Shown here: positions 1-10,031 of the stretch, piece after piece | Numbering within the stretch: the stretch's first letter is position 1 | Layout of the letters: each line of letters starts with the position of its first letter | DNA from: a bacterium | Lineage (GTDB): Bacteria > Patescibacteriota > Patescibacteriia > JAGPKW01 | NCBI GenBank assembly: GCA_021780535.1 | Contig: JAJXYN010000011.1 | Coordinates: forward strand, 15,295 to 79,294 | Length of the DNA stretch: 64,000 nt | Direction: 5' to 3' | Position numbers and translations under genes: made by a program | The notes under the pieces: generated by a model | The model's input: only the letters and a program-made list of their open reading frames with translations | Database searches by the model: none | Told to the model about the DNA's origin: nothing

Positions 1-2
1 TT

Positions 3-155
3 TTTTGGGAGTATTGGACTTATAACAAATTCTTTGTTAAAGTTTTGGGCTATAATATCAGCTTTTTTATTTATGATAATTGGATTATTTGTTGTTGGAT
101 ATGTTAGAAAAAGAATGAAAATAGAAAGCGAGAAAAACGATAAAATTGAATTTTA
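3..155 (+). CDS. 3' end of a hypothetical membrane protein (partial at window edge)
   Basis: Open frame from the window start to TAA at 153-155. The hydrophobic C-terminus is ...FWAIISAFLFMIIGLFVVGYVRKRMK. Confidence 0.3.
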
Positions 156-166
156 AGAAATAAATT

Positions 167-955
167 ATGAAACTTTCTTTGATTATTGTTGCTTACAACA
201 TGAAAGATCTCGTTTTTAAGCAAATTAGTCATCTACACAATATAAAAACCAATATTGATTATGAAGTTATTATTGTTGATAATGGATCAACGGATAATAT
301 TATAAGTATTTCATCAGATTTTTCTGATGTAAAATTTGTTTTGTCTAAAAATAATTTAGGATATTTTGGTGGAGCTAATTTGGGTGTAAAAGTTTCATCA
401 GGAGAGTATTTATTTATTTTAAATTCTGATATATTAGCCTCTGATTATTGTTTTGATGAACTTATAAATTTTATTGAAAATAATGAAAATATTGGCATAA
501 TAGCTCCAAAACTTATATATCCTGATGATAGAGGTGTTCAAAATTCTTGTTTTAGATTTCATAACATAATAACTCCAATTATTAGAAGAACTTTTTTAGG
601 AGAAACTAAATTTGGTATGTTTGAAAATAGTAAAATGCTAATGGAAGATTTTGATCATAATGATGTTATAGAATGTGATTGGATACTTGGGGCTGCTTTT
701 ATTATTAAAAAAGATTTTTTAAAAAGTATTGGAGGTTTTGATGAAAGATATTTTCTTTATTATGAAGATATGGATATATGTAAAACAACGTGGATAAATG
801 ATAAAAAAGTTGTTTATTATAATAAAACTTATATGATTCATGATCATGCTAGAAATTCTGCAAAAAATAAAACTTTTTTAGATTTTCTTAGAAATAAAAC
901 TTTAAAAATACATATTATATCTAGTATTAAGTATTTTTTTAAATTTATAATTTGA
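167..955 (+). CDS. family 2 glycosyltransferase (GT2)
   Basis: N-terminal LSLIIVAYN...VIIVDNGSTDN and DxD-type motifs are typical of the GT-A fold, and there is an ED motif near the C-terminus. Confidence 0.75.
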   Translation: MKLSLIIVAYNMKDLVFKQISHLHNIKTNIDYEVIIVDNGSTDNIISISSDFSDVKFVLSKNNLGYFGGANLGVKVSSGEYLFILNSDILASDYCFDELINFIENNENIGIIAPKLIYPDDRGVQNSCFRFHNIITPIIRRTFLGETKFGMFENSKMLMEDFDHNDVIECDWILGAAFIIKKDFLKSIGGFDERYFLYYEDMDICKTTWINDKKVVYYNKTYMIHDHARNSAKNKTFLDFLRNKTLKIHIISSIKYFFKFII

Positions 956-1011
956 TTTACGCATGTTTTTATGCTATAAATTATATTAACATTTTTTGTT
1001 CGGAGGGTTTG

Positions 1012-1278
1012 ATGGCTGTAATAGGTGTTACTGAAACCAAAAGACAAATCAAAGCATCTGTTGTTTTGTCAAATCTCAGCGCTTTTCTTGGATGGGGAGG
1101 TAATCCTTATGTTGAAACATTGAGATCGTTGGTAGTGCAGGATAGTTCTGGATATATAACCGAAACTTCAATTACTAATTTGAATTATAGAGTTACTGGT
1201 TATATTGATAGAGTTAAGGATATTAAGCATAAAAAACAACTTGAAAAATTTTCTAATTATTTAGATTGCGAAATCTAA
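1012..1278 (+). CDS. hypothetical small protein (89 aa)
   Basis: A GGAGG RBS sits 7 nt upstream of ATG 1012. GC is locally elevated and a strong intrinsic terminator follows. The ORF-track start at 952 is probably too far upstream. Confidence 0.4.
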   Translation: MAVIGVTETKRQIKASVVLSNLSAFLGWGGNPYVETLRSLVVQDSSGYITETSITNLNYRVTGYIDRVKDIKHKKQLEKFSNYLDCEI

Positions 1279-1291
1279 ATAATCTTTTAAT

Positions 1292-1318
1292 GCCACTATT
1301 TTGTGGCGTTTTTTATTT
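1292..1318 (+). terminator. rho-independent terminator
   Basis: Hairpin GCCAC-TATTTT-GTGGC followed by TTTTTT. Confidence 0.6.
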
Positions 1319-1404
1319 TTACTGACAACATTTATACTTATTTGACAAAATGATGAAAAAGTGTTAAATTCTGTTTATGATTTTAGTTTTATTGTTTTAA
1401 ATTT

Positions 1405-3408
1405 ATGACAAATTTTAGCAAAAAAGAATTAAGAAAATATATTCTTAGGAGCTTAATAGCGCTTGTTTCCTTTTGTTTTGTGTTATTAATAGCAATAAAC
1501 GCATATCCTATTGTTAAAATATATAACTTATCTAAATCTATAAAAACAAATTTAAATATATTCCAAACTCAATTAGAGAAGGGTGATATAAAAAATTCAT
1601 TAACCACTGCTAACTTAATAATTGGAAATTCTAAAGATTTAAGAAATAATATAAATAATCTAAAAATATTGAATTATTTACCACAGGTTAGCGATAATAT
1701 AAATTCAGTAGATAACTTATCAGAAATATTAACGTTATCTATCAATAGTTATATAGAAATATATCCAACTATAGAGAAAAATATAAATATTTTCACCAAA
1801 AAAGATAGTTCTAAAATTATATCATTGCCGAAAAATGAAAAAGCCCAAATAATAAGTAGTATAAGCAACTCCCAAGTTGCTATAAATAATATAGAAAAAA
1901 ATATTGTTAGGATAGTTTATTTAATTGATGAAAATAAAAATAATAAAAACATAGTAAAGCCAATAAAAGATGTTTGGAATAAGATAAATTCTCAATATTC
2001 AAACATTAAACTTTTGGAAAAATTTTTGCCGGTAATAAAATCCTTACCAGAAATACTTGGAAGCACAAATGATGCTAAATATTTATTATTATTTCAAAAT
2101 AATACAGAATTAAGACCAACTGGTGGATTTATTGGGACTTACGGGACCATAATGATTTCAAATGGTGAAATAGGGGAAGTCTTTACTGATAATGTTTATA
2201 ATTTAGATAGAGCATCTGCTTCTAGAGTAAAAATAGAACCACCAAAACCACTAAAAGATTATTTAAAAATTAGCAATTTATTTTTGAGAGATGCTAATTT
2301 TAATCCAGATTATGAAGAAAGTGCAAAATATATAGCCGATTTATATAAAAAAGAAAGTCAAAATCAATATCCTATAACAGGCGTAATTGCTATTACTCCA
2401 GATGTTTTACAATCTATTATTGGATATTTTGGAGAAGTTGAAGCTATGGGATTAAAATTTAATAAAGAAAACTCAACCGATTTATTAAATTACGAAACAA
2501 AATTTGGTTATTGGAAAGATAAAAACATGGATGTGAGCCAAAGAAAAATTATTATTCAAAAATTGGCTGATGTTATATTTAAAAAAATTAAATCTTTGTC
2601 GTTAAGCGACTTAAAAAACCTTGCTGGAGTTATTTCTGATAATTTAGATAAAAAACAAATGCTACTTTATTTTAGCAATAAAGATGCGCAAAATTTTATT
2701 GTTTCAAATAATTGGGGTGGTAAATTTTTAGATAGTACAAATTCTGATTATTTTTCTGTGATTGATACTAATGTTTTATCTGGGAAATCAGAACCTTATG
2801 TTGATAAGAATTTGGATTATGATTTAAAGATGGTTGGCAATGATTTGATTGCTACTTTAAGTTTAACTTATAGACTTAGATATGATGATTATCTTAAAAA
2901 TGGCATATATCAGGATAACCCAGGATATCTTCAAGAATACAAATCTTACACCAGAGTTTATGTACCAAGTGGGTCTTGGCTTAATTTTATACAAAAAAAT
3001 GATGATATAGCTACTAGAAATAATGTTGATTTTAAAGACGAAAACGGGAAAGCTTCTTTTGGATTTTATTTAACAGTGCCAAAAAATACAACTGTAACAT
3101 ATAAACTTGAATATAAATTACCAAAAGAATTAGCTGATAAATTTAAAAATAGTTATTCTTTGATATATCAAAAACAATCAGGCCTACATGGAAATAAATT
3201 AAATATCAACATTGATATAAACAAAACAATAAAATCATATACAATAACAGACCAAAATGATTTATTGATCAATTCTTATAATGATAAGTTTAATCTAAAT
3301 GGTTTTGCTGATAACGATAAGAAGATTAATATAAAATTTTATTCAGATTCAAATATGAGTTATTTAAAAGAAATAGTAAATAAAAATTATTTAACTCTCC
3401 TAAAATAA
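1405..3408 (+). CDS. DUF4012-like membrane-anchored extracytoplasmic protein (paralog 1)
   Basis: N-terminal TM helix, then a large domain with LRPTGGFIGTYG, RDANFNPDYEES and QYPITGVIAITPD motifs. About 55% identical to the next gene. The family assignment is from memory of DUF4012 proteins. Confidence 0.55.
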   Translation: MTNFSKKELRKYILRSLIALVSFCFVLLIAINAYPIVKIYNLSKSIKTNLNIFQTQLEKGDIKNSLTTANLIIGNSKDLRNNINNLKILNYLPQVSDNINSVDNLSEILTLSINSYIEIYPTIEKNINIFTKKDSSKIISLPKNEKAQIISSISNSQVAINNIEKNIVRIVYLIDENKNNKNIVKPIKDVWNKINSQYSNIKLLEKFLPVIKSLPEILGSTNDAKYLLLFQNNTELRPTGGFIGTYGTIMISNGEIGEVFTDNVYNLDRASASRVKIEPPKPLKDYLKISNLFLRDANFNPDYEESAKYIADLYKKESQNQYPITGVIAITPDVLQSIIGYFGEVEAMGLKFNKENSTDLLNYETKFGYWKDKNMDVSQRKIIIQKLADVIFKKIKSLSLSDLKNLAGVISDNLDKKQMLLYFSNKDAQNFIVSNNWGGKFLDSTNSDYFSVIDTNVLSGKSEPYVDKNLDYDLKMVGNDLIATLSLTYRLRYDDYLKNGIYQDNPGYLQEYKSYTRVYVPSGSWLNFIQKNDDIATRNNVDFKDENGKASFGFYLTVPKNTTVTYKLEYKLPKELADKFKNSYSLIYQKQSGLHGNKLNINIDINKTIKSYTITDQNDLLINSYNDKFNLNGFADNDKKINIKFYSDSNMSYLKEIVNKNYLTLLK

Positions 3409-3411
3409 TTT

Positions 3412-5433
3412 ATGATAAATATTAAAGATAAAAAATTCATAAAATATTCAATAATGGGATTTTTATCTCTTATTGGTTTTATTTTGCTTTTATCAATAAT
3501 ATTAAATATCATTCCTGCTTATAATATATATAAATTATCAAAATCAATACAACCAAATATAACTCTTTTAGAAATACAGTTTAATAAAAAAGATTTTGAT
3601 AATTTAAAAATTACTATAAAAAAAATTAATAACGATTCTATAACTTTAAAACAAAATTTAAATAATTTGAAAATCATTACAATAATCTCTCAAATTTCAA
3701 ATAATGTAGAATCTGCAAAAGCATTATCTGATATTGTAACATTGGCAACTGACAGTATTATTAAAGTTTATCCTGTGTTTGAAGAAGATTATTCCATACT
3801 TTATGATACTAGTAACGTGAAAATAATTTCTATGCCAAAAGAAAAAAAGGCAAAGATAATAGCTAGTATATATAAAATTCAACCAGACCTTGATGAAGTT
3901 AATAAAAATATAAATAAAGTTCTAGATTTAATAAAATCAAACAAAGATAATAAAGATACAATAAAACCTATACAAGATATTTGGAGTAAAATAAATTCTC
4001 AATATTCAAATGTAGAAAAAATTCAAAAAATTTTCCCATTAATTAAAGCTTTGCCTGATTTACTAGGAACCCCAAAAAATTCAAAATATTTATTTTTATT
4101 TGAAAATAATACAGAATTAAGGCCAACAGGTGGTTTTATAGGAAGTTATGGTATTGTTAATATTTCAGAAGGAAATATAGGGAGAGTATTTACTGATAAT
4201 ATTTACAATCTAGATAACGCTAATATTAATAGACTTAAAATAACACCACCAGAACCAATAAAAGAGCATCTTAATCAAAGTTACTTATATTTAAGAGATG
4301 CCAATTGGAATCCTGATTATGAGGAATCTGCAAATTATTTAGCAAACTTGTATAAAAAAGAAAGTAGAAATCAATATCCTATTACTGGAGTAATAGCTTT
4401 AACACCCTCTGCAATACAAGACATAATAGGATATTTTGGGGAAATAGATGTTATGGGAACAAAATTTAATAAAGAAAATGCTACTGATTTATTAAATTAT
4501 GAAACTAAATTTGCTTATTGGGAAACGAGAGGAATAAGTGAAAGTAAAAGAAAAATTATCATTCAAAAAATGGCTGATATTTTATTTGAAAAAATAAAAT
4601 CTTTATCTCTTTCTAAAATTAACGATATTGCTAATATTATTGCAAGCAATCTAGATAAAAAACAAATACTTTTGTATTTTAATAATAAAGATGCTGAACA
4701 ATTTGCTATTAATAATAATTGGGCTGGCAAAATGACTGCTAATAATAATTCTGATTATTTTGCTGTTGTTGATGCAAACTTATCATCAGGAAAATCAGAT
4801 CCTTATATAGATAGAAATATAGATTATGACTTGAGATATGTTAATAACGAATTAGTGGCTACTTTAAGCTTAACTTATAAACATAGATATGATGATTATA
4901 TAAAGAATACAATATATCAAGATAATTTAAGTTATGTTCAAGAATATAAATCATATACTAGAGTTTATGTCCCAGAAGGTTCAAAATTGAATTCTTTACA
5001 AATTGACGACAATCCTCCAAGTATAGATAATATTGATTTTAAAAACGAAAACGGAAAAACATCTTTTGGATTTTATATGGTTATCCCAAAAAATGAAACA
5101 GTAACTTATAAATTTGAATATATAATACCAAAAGAATTAGCTGATAAATTTAAAAAAGAATACTCTTTAATATATCAAAAACAGGCTGGTGTTTATTTTA
5201 ATAAAATCAATGTTAATATTGATTTAAATAAAGCGATTGAGTCTTATAGTATTTCTAATGATACCGGGTTAACATTTAATACTTACAATAAAAAAATAAA
5301 TTTTAATGGAACAACAAATAGTGATAGAACTATAGATGTGAAGTTTTATTCTAATTCTGATATTGGATATTTGCAAAATGTAATTAAAAAAAATTATTTA
5401 AGCTTTAGAAAAGAAACACCACTTGGAAACTAA
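3412..5433 (+). CDS. DUF4012-like membrane-anchored extracytoplasmic protein (paralog 2)
   Basis: Same architecture and motifs as paralog 1 (LRPTGGFIGSYG, RDANWNPDYEES, QYPITGVIALTPS). Starts 4 nt after paralog 1. Confidence 0.55.
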   Translation: MINIKDKKFIKYSIMGFLSLIGFILLLSIILNIIPAYNIYKLSKSIQPNITLLEIQFNKKDFDNLKITIKKINNDSITLKQNLNNLKIITIISQISNNVESAKALSDIVTLATDSIIKVYPVFEEDYSILYDTSNVKIISMPKEKKAKIIASIYKIQPDLDEVNKNINKVLDLIKSNKDNKDTIKPIQDIWSKINSQYSNVEKIQKIFPLIKALPDLLGTPKNSKYLFLFENNTELRPTGGFIGSYGIVNISEGNIGRVFTDNIYNLDNANINRLKITPPEPIKEHLNQSYLYLRDANWNPDYEESANYLANLYKKESRNQYPITGVIALTPSAIQDIIGYFGEIDVMGTKFNKENATDLLNYETKFAYWETRGISESKRKIIIQKMADILFEKIKSLSLSKINDIANIIASNLDKKQILLYFNNKDAEQFAINNNWAGKMTANNNSDYFAVVDANLSSGKSDPYIDRNIDYDLRYVNNELVATLSLTYKHRYDDYIKNTIYQDNLSYVQEYKSYTRVYVPEGSKLNSLQIDDNPPSIDNIDFKNENGKTSFGFYMVIPKNETVTYKFEYIIPKELADKFKKEYSLIYQKQAGVYFNKINVNIDLNKAIESYSISNDTGLTFNTYNKKINFNGTTNSDRTIDVKFYSNSDIGYLQNVIKKNYLSFRKETPLGN

Positions 5434-5480
5434 GGTGTTTTCTTTTTTGAAAAAATAGTATAAAATTTACTAACAATGCT

Positions 5481-5576
5481 AAATCTAGTTAATAATATTT
5501 TCTTTTCATGGTGTTCCGCTCAATTAAGATATCGTAAGAGCTTCACAAATGAATGAAAACATTATTAACTAGATTT
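5481..5576. repeat. about 95 bp palindromic element, copy 1 (conserved core, co-varying terminal arms)
   Basis: Core AATATTTTCTTTTCATGGTGTTCCGCTCAATTAAGATATC...GAGCTTCACAAATGAATGAAAACATTATT flanked by a 16 bp inverted repeat, AAATCTAGTTAATAAT paired with ATTATTAACTAGATTT. Confidence 0.6.
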
Positions 5577-5597
5577 ATATTAATTTTTTAATAATTT

Positions 5598-6686
5598 ATG
5601 ATAGATATTAATCAACTACAATTTTACAAAAATAGACTTTCTGAATTAGAGTCTAGCCTTTCTAACCCAGGAATTACTTCTAATTCTAAAAAAATAGAAG
5701 AAGTTTCTAGAGAATATAAAACTACAAAGGAAATTGTAGATGTTTTTTCTGATTATAAAAAATGCCTTGAAGATATAGATAGCACAAATGAAATTATTGG
5801 TTCTAGTGACGAATCTATGAAAATTATGGCCGAAGAAGAGTTAGTTCAATTAAATTCTAAATTTATTAATATTGAAAATCAATTAAAACTTTTACTTGTT
5901 CCAAACGATCCTAAAGATGATAAAAACGCTATTTTGGAAATTAGAGCTGGTGTAGGCGGAGATGAGGCTGAGCTTTTTGCTGGAGATCTTCTTCGTATGT
6001 ACACATTATATGCTCAAAGAAAAGGTTTAAAATTAGAAATTATTGATATTAGTAAGAATCCTCTTGGCGGAGTTAAAGAGGCTATTATTAAAGTTGCCGG
6101 AAACGGTGCTTATGGATTATTAAAATGGGAAAGTGGTGTTCATAGAGTTCAAAGAGTTCCTGAAACTGAAAAATCTGGTAGAGTTCACACTTCTGCTGCT
6201 ACTGTTGCTATTATGCCGGAAGCTGAAGAAACTGATATTAAAATAGAGGCTAAAGACCTTAGAATAGATACTTTTTGTTCTTCTGGAGCTGGGGGACAAT
6301 CTGTAAATACTACATATTCTGCTGTTAGAATTGTTCATATTCCATCTGGGCTAGTTGTGTCTTCTCAAGATGAAAGAAATCAAACTCAAAACAAAGAAAG
6401 AGCTATGATGGTTTTAAGATCTAGACTTTATGCTATGGAAGAAGAAAGGAAAGCTCAGGAAGAAAGAGATTTAAGAAAAGGGCAAGTTGGGACTGGTGGT
6501 AGAGGTGAAAAAATTAGAACTTATAATTTCCCTCAAGATAGAGTTACAGATCACAGAATTAAATTATCTCTACATGGCCTACCAGGAATACTTAATGGTA
6601 ATATAGATGAAATAATAAATGGGTTGAAAATTGCTAGCACTGAAAAAGATTTAACAAATGTTGGTAATAATGATGACGAGGAATAA
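5598..6686 (+). CDS. prfA: peptide chain release factor 1
   Basis: GGQ motif ([12 protein letters not shown]), an RF1-type PxT tripeptide (PET) in [14 protein letters not shown], and overall RF1 architecture. Confidence 0.9.
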   Translation: MIDINQLQFYKNRLSELESSLSNPGITSNSKKIEEVSREYKTTKEIVDVFSDYKKCLEDIDSTNEIIGSSDESMKIMAEEELVQLNSKFINIENQLKLLLVPNDPKDDKNAILEIRAGVGGDEAELFAGDLLRMYTLYAQRKGLKLEIIDISKNPLGGVKEAIIKVAGNGAYGLLKWESGVHRVQRVPETEKSGRVHTSAATVAIMPEAEETDIKIEAKDLRIDTFCSSGAGGQSVNTTYSAVRIVHIPSGLVVSSQDERNQTQNKERAMMVLRSRLYAMEEERKAQEERDLRKGQVGTGGRGEKIRTYNFPQDRVTDHRIKLSLHGLPGILNGNIDEIINGLKIASTEKDLTNVGNNDDEE

Positions 6687-6697
6687 TGTATTGAAAA

Positions 6698-6730
6698 AAA
6701 TCAAGATTTTATTATCTTGATTTTTTATTT
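6698..6730 (+). terminator. rho-independent terminator after prfA
   Basis: ATCAAGAT-TTTATT-ATCTTGAT hairpin followed by a T-run. Confidence 0.5.
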
Positions 6731-6742
6731 TTATAGTTACAT

Positions 6743-6839
6743 ATAATTTAATTAATAATATTTTCTTGTTCTGTGTTCCGCTCAATTGGGATATCAAACG
6801 AGCTTCACAACGAAACGAAAACATTATTAATTAAATTAT
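6743..6839. repeat. about 95 bp palindromic element, copy 2
   Basis: Same core as copy 1. The terminal arms differ in sequence (ATAATTTAATTAATAAT paired with ATTATTAATTAAATTAT) but stay complementary. Confidence 0.6.
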
Positions 6840-6861
6840 TTAAACTTTATACATTTCCATT

Positions 6862-6876
6862 TTTATGCTATAATAT
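6862..6876 (+). promoter_or_regulatory. extended -10 promoter (TGcTATAAT) for the M23 peptidase gene
   Basis: TTTATGCTATAATAT lies about 30 nt upstream of ATG 6905. Confidence 0.4.
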
Positions 6877-6904
6877 ACTTAATGATTTTTAACCAAAACA
6901 TTAA

Positions 6905-8179
6905 ATGGATAAATTTGAACTAAAAGCTTATTCTTTATTCTTTATTTTTGTTTTTGTTTTAATTCAACCATTATCTATATTTGCTGAAAGTTCTACTTAT
7001 TACCAAGAACAGATAAATAAATTAAAGCAACAAACGGCTGAAAAAAACGATGCTATAGCAGAAGCAAAGAAGAAGCAAGATGAATATCAGGCTATTATTG
7101 ATCAAAAAATAGAAGAAAAAACAACCCTAAAAAGCCAAAAAGAAGAAATACAAGGTCAAATTCTTAAAACAAAATTTGATATTATTGAAATTGAAAATTT
7201 AATAGAAAGAACTAATTTAGAAATTCAAACTTTAGATTTGGAAGTAATTCAAACAGAAAAAAATATTGAAGATCAAAAAATAAAAATTGCAGAACTTATA
7301 AAAATTATTTATAAAAATGATAGTAAGGGTATATTAGATGCTTTCTTTCTAAATGATTCCTTATCAGAGTTTTTTGATCAAATTAAATATACCGAATCTA
7401 TAAATAGTGGTCTATCTACTGCTTTAGATGATTACAAACAAAATAAAGAAGACTTAAAAAATAAAAAACAAGAACTTAGAGATAAAGCTTTAGAACTTGA
7501 TCAAAATAAAATGTCTCTTGAAAATAAAAAAGAAGATTTACAAAATGATCAAGATAGATTAGCAAACCTAATACAACAAACTCAAGGGCAAGAAGATAAA
7601 TTCCAGAGTATATTGGCCAGTCAGATTTTGCAGGAAAAATTAATGCAAGCTGAGATTGATCAAATTGAAAAAGACATTAATAGTGCTAATTCTAAATTCA
7701 GAACAGCAAAAGAAAGAGAAGCTATGGAAAAGAAACTTCTTGATATGGGTGGAGCTGTAAGTAATAATAGTCTTTCTTGGCCTGTACCATCAAGAGAAAT
7801 TTTAGCTTATTTTCATGACATACACTATCCGTTTAGAAAACAAATTGGTGAACATTCTGGTGTTGATATAAGAGCTAAGCAAGGTACACCTATATTGGCT
7901 CCTGCTGGTGGGTATGTCGCTATGGCAAAAGATAATGGATATGGTTATAGTTATATATTACTTGTGCATGCTAATGGTGTTTCTACTCTTTATGGACATG
8001 TTTCTGGATTTAATGTTGTTAATGATCAATATGTTAAACAAGGTGACGTAATTGGCTATACTGGTGCAACTCCAGGAACCCGTGGAGCTGGTCCATTTAC
8101 TACTGGAGCTCATTTACATTTTGAAGTTAGAGTTAATGGGATACCGGTTAATCCTTTGGAATATTTAAAGATTAAATAA
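6905..8179 (+). CDS. M23 family peptidoglycan metalloendopeptidase with N-terminal coiled coil
   Basis: Signal/TM segment, long coiled-coil region, and a C-terminal LytM/M23 domain (HSGVDI...GHVSG...GAHLHFEVRVNG). Confidence 0.8.
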   Translation: MDKFELKAYSLFFIFVFVLIQPLSIFAESSTYYQEQINKLKQQTAEKNDAIAEAKKKQDEYQAIIDQKIEEKTTLKSQKEEIQGQILKTKFDIIEIENLIERTNLEIQTLDLEVIQTEKNIEDQKIKIAELIKIIYKNDSKGILDAFFLNDSLSEFFDQIKYTESINSGLSTALDDYKQNKEDLKNKKQELRDKALELDQNKMSLENKKEDLQNDQDRLANLIQQTQGQEDKFQSILASQILQEKLMQAEIDQIEKDINSANSKFRTAKEREAMEKKLLDMGGAVSNNSLSWPVPSREILAYFHDIHYPFRKQIGEHSGVDIRAKQGTPILAPAGGYVAMAKDNGYGYSYILLVHANGVSTLYGHVSGFNVVNDQYVKQGDVIGYTGATPGTRGAGPFTTGAHLHFEVRVNGIPVNPLEYLKIK

Positions 8180-8343
8180 AAACAAATTTTAAAAACGAAG
8201 CATCAAAAAACATAATTAAAGAATTAACTAAAGAATAAAAAGTTTTGGCGTGATTGCCAGGATTTTTTATTTTGTTTAAATTGCTTTTTTTGTTTTGTTT
8301 TGATATTATTTTATTATTATTTAGATATTTAAAGAAGAAAAAT

Positions 8344-9642
8344 ATGGAAAGAATTTTTACAAAAGATTTGAAAAATAAAATTGGTGAAAAAGTTTTATTA
8401 AAAGGACATCTCCATAAGGTTAGAGATCTTGGTGGTCTTTGTTTTGGGGTTTTAAGAGATAAAGATGGTATTGTGCAAATTACTACGGAAGATAAAAATT
8501 CTGTTTTACTTAAATTAAAGAGAGAATCTGTTATTGAAGTTACTGGTGAAGTTAAAATTTGTGAAAAAGCTCCTAATGGAATTGAAGTTTATTTAGATTC
8601 AGCGACTTGTCTTGTGGAAGTTAAAGAAGATCTTCCTTTTGAAATAGATAAACCAGAAATCAATGCAAATCTTGATACTGTTTTAAATTTTAGATCAATA
8701 TCACTTAGAAATCTTAGAAATAGATCCATTTTTAAAATTCAAGCTGTTCTTTTGAAAGCTTTTAGAGACTATTTTGTAAAAAATGATTTTGTTGAAATTA
8801 ATACTTCAAAATTATCAGGGCATGCTACCGAGGGTGGAACTACTGTTTTTAAAGTTGAATATTTTGATAGATTTGCATATTTAGCTCAATCCCCACAATT
8901 TTATAAACAAATGATGGTTGGAGTATTTGAAAGAGTTTTTGAAACTAACTTTGTATATAGAGCAGAGGAACATAATACTTCAAGACATTTGAATGAATAT
9001 ATGAGTTTAGATGTTGAAATGGGTTATATTCAATCTGCAACAGATATAATGAAATTAGAGGAAGGCTTTTTGAAACATGCCATAGAGATGTTAAAAAATG
9101 AATGTACAGAGGATTTTGAAAGACTTAAAATTGATTTTGCAATTATTCCAGATTCTGGAATACCTATAATTAGATTTGATGAAGCTCAAAAAATCCTTGA
9201 TGAAAAATATGGACAACATTGTTATGGAGATCCTGATTTTGAACCAGAGCATGAAAAATTGTTAGGTAAATATGCAAAGGAAGAATTAGGTAGTGACTTT
9301 ATATTTATATCTAACTACCCGACAGTTAAAAGACCGATGTACACAATGATTGATCCTGATAATAAAGAATTTACTTTTGGCTTTGATTTGTTATTTAAAG
9401 GTTTAGAAATAACTTCTGGTGCTCAAAGAGAACATAGATATGAAGAATTGGTAAATAATATGAAAAATAAAGGATTAAATCCTGATGATTTTGAGGATTA
9501 TTTAAATCAATTTAAATATGGATTACCACCTCATGGTGGGTTTGCTATTGGACTTGAAAGACTTACTGCACAATTATTAAATATTTCTAATGTTAGAGAA
9601 ACTACATTATTACCTAGAGATTTAGATAGATTAACACCATAA
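8344..9642 (+). CDS. aspS: aspartyl-tRNA synthetase, archaeal/eukaryotic type (likely non-discriminating)
   Basis: Class IIb motifs: N-terminal OB fold, FRSISLRN, LAQSPQFYKQ, GLERL. ATG 8344 (MERIFTKDL...) is preferred over the TTG 8254 in the ORF track. gatCAB lies directly downstream. Confidence 0.8.
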   Translation: MERIFTKDLKNKIGEKVLLKGHLHKVRDLGGLCFGVLRDKDGIVQITTEDKNSVLLKLKRESVIEVTGEVKICEKAPNGIEVYLDSATCLVEVKEDLPFEIDKPEINANLDTVLNFRSISLRNLRNRSIFKIQAVLLKAFRDYFVKNDFVEINTSKLSGHATEGGTTVFKVEYFDRFAYLAQSPQFYKQMMVGVFERVFETNFVYRAEEHNTSRHLNEYMSLDVEMGYIQSATDIMKLEEGFLKHAIEMLKNECTEDFERLKIDFAIIPDSGIPIIRFDEAQKILDEKYGQHCYGDPDFEPEHEKLLGKYAKEELGSDFIFISNYPTVKRPMYTMIDPDNKEFTFGFDLLFKGLEITSGAQREHRYEELVNNMKNKGLNPDDFEDYLNQFKYGLPPHGGFAIGLERLTAQLLNISNVRETTLLPRDLDRLTP

Positions 9643-9645
9643 AAT

Positions 9646-9672
9646 ATTCGGCAGAAATGCCGATTTTTTTAA
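9646..9672 (+). terminator. rho-independent terminator after aspS
   Basis: TCGGCAGAAATGCCGA followed by TTTTTTT. Confidence 0.5.
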
Positions 9673-9731
9673 TTGATTTTTATTGAAAAATACGATAAAA
9701 TTTAAAAATAATATTACCTTAATATAAAAAA

Positions 9732-10022
9732 ATGCAAATAGTTGATGAAACTTCAATAAAACATATTGCTAAACTTTCTAAAATTGCTCTAAAAAATGAA
9801 GAAATTCCTGTTTTAGCTAAACAAATAGAACAAATTTTAGAATATGTTGAGCAACTTAATGAAATTCCAGATAATATAGCACCATTAGATAATCTAACTG
9901 GTAATTTTAATAAATTTAGAGAAGATGTTGTTGTTGATTTTAAAAATAAAGAGAAAATTATTTCTAATGCACCAAAAAGTAAAGATGGATTTATATTAGT
10001 ACCAAAGGTTTTGAATAATTAA
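9732..10022 (+). CDS. gatC: Asp/Glu-tRNA amidotransferase subunit C
   Basis: Size (96 aa), position ahead of gatA, and a GatC-like helical N-terminus. Confidence 0.75.
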   Translation: MQIVDETSIKHIAKLSKIALKNEEIPVLAKQIEQILEYVEQLNEIPDNIAPLDNLTGNFNKFREDVVVDFKNKEKIISNAPKSKDGFILVPKVLNN

Positions 10023-10031
10023 TTTATTAAA

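Noticed and set aside
8254-8343. TTG-initiated N-terminal extension of aspS in the ORF track (and similarly TTG 55003 for the membrane protein)
   Set aside because: The extension is hydrophobic and low-complexity, and it is not part of the AspRS anticodon-binding domain. The internal ATG gives a canonical N-terminus.
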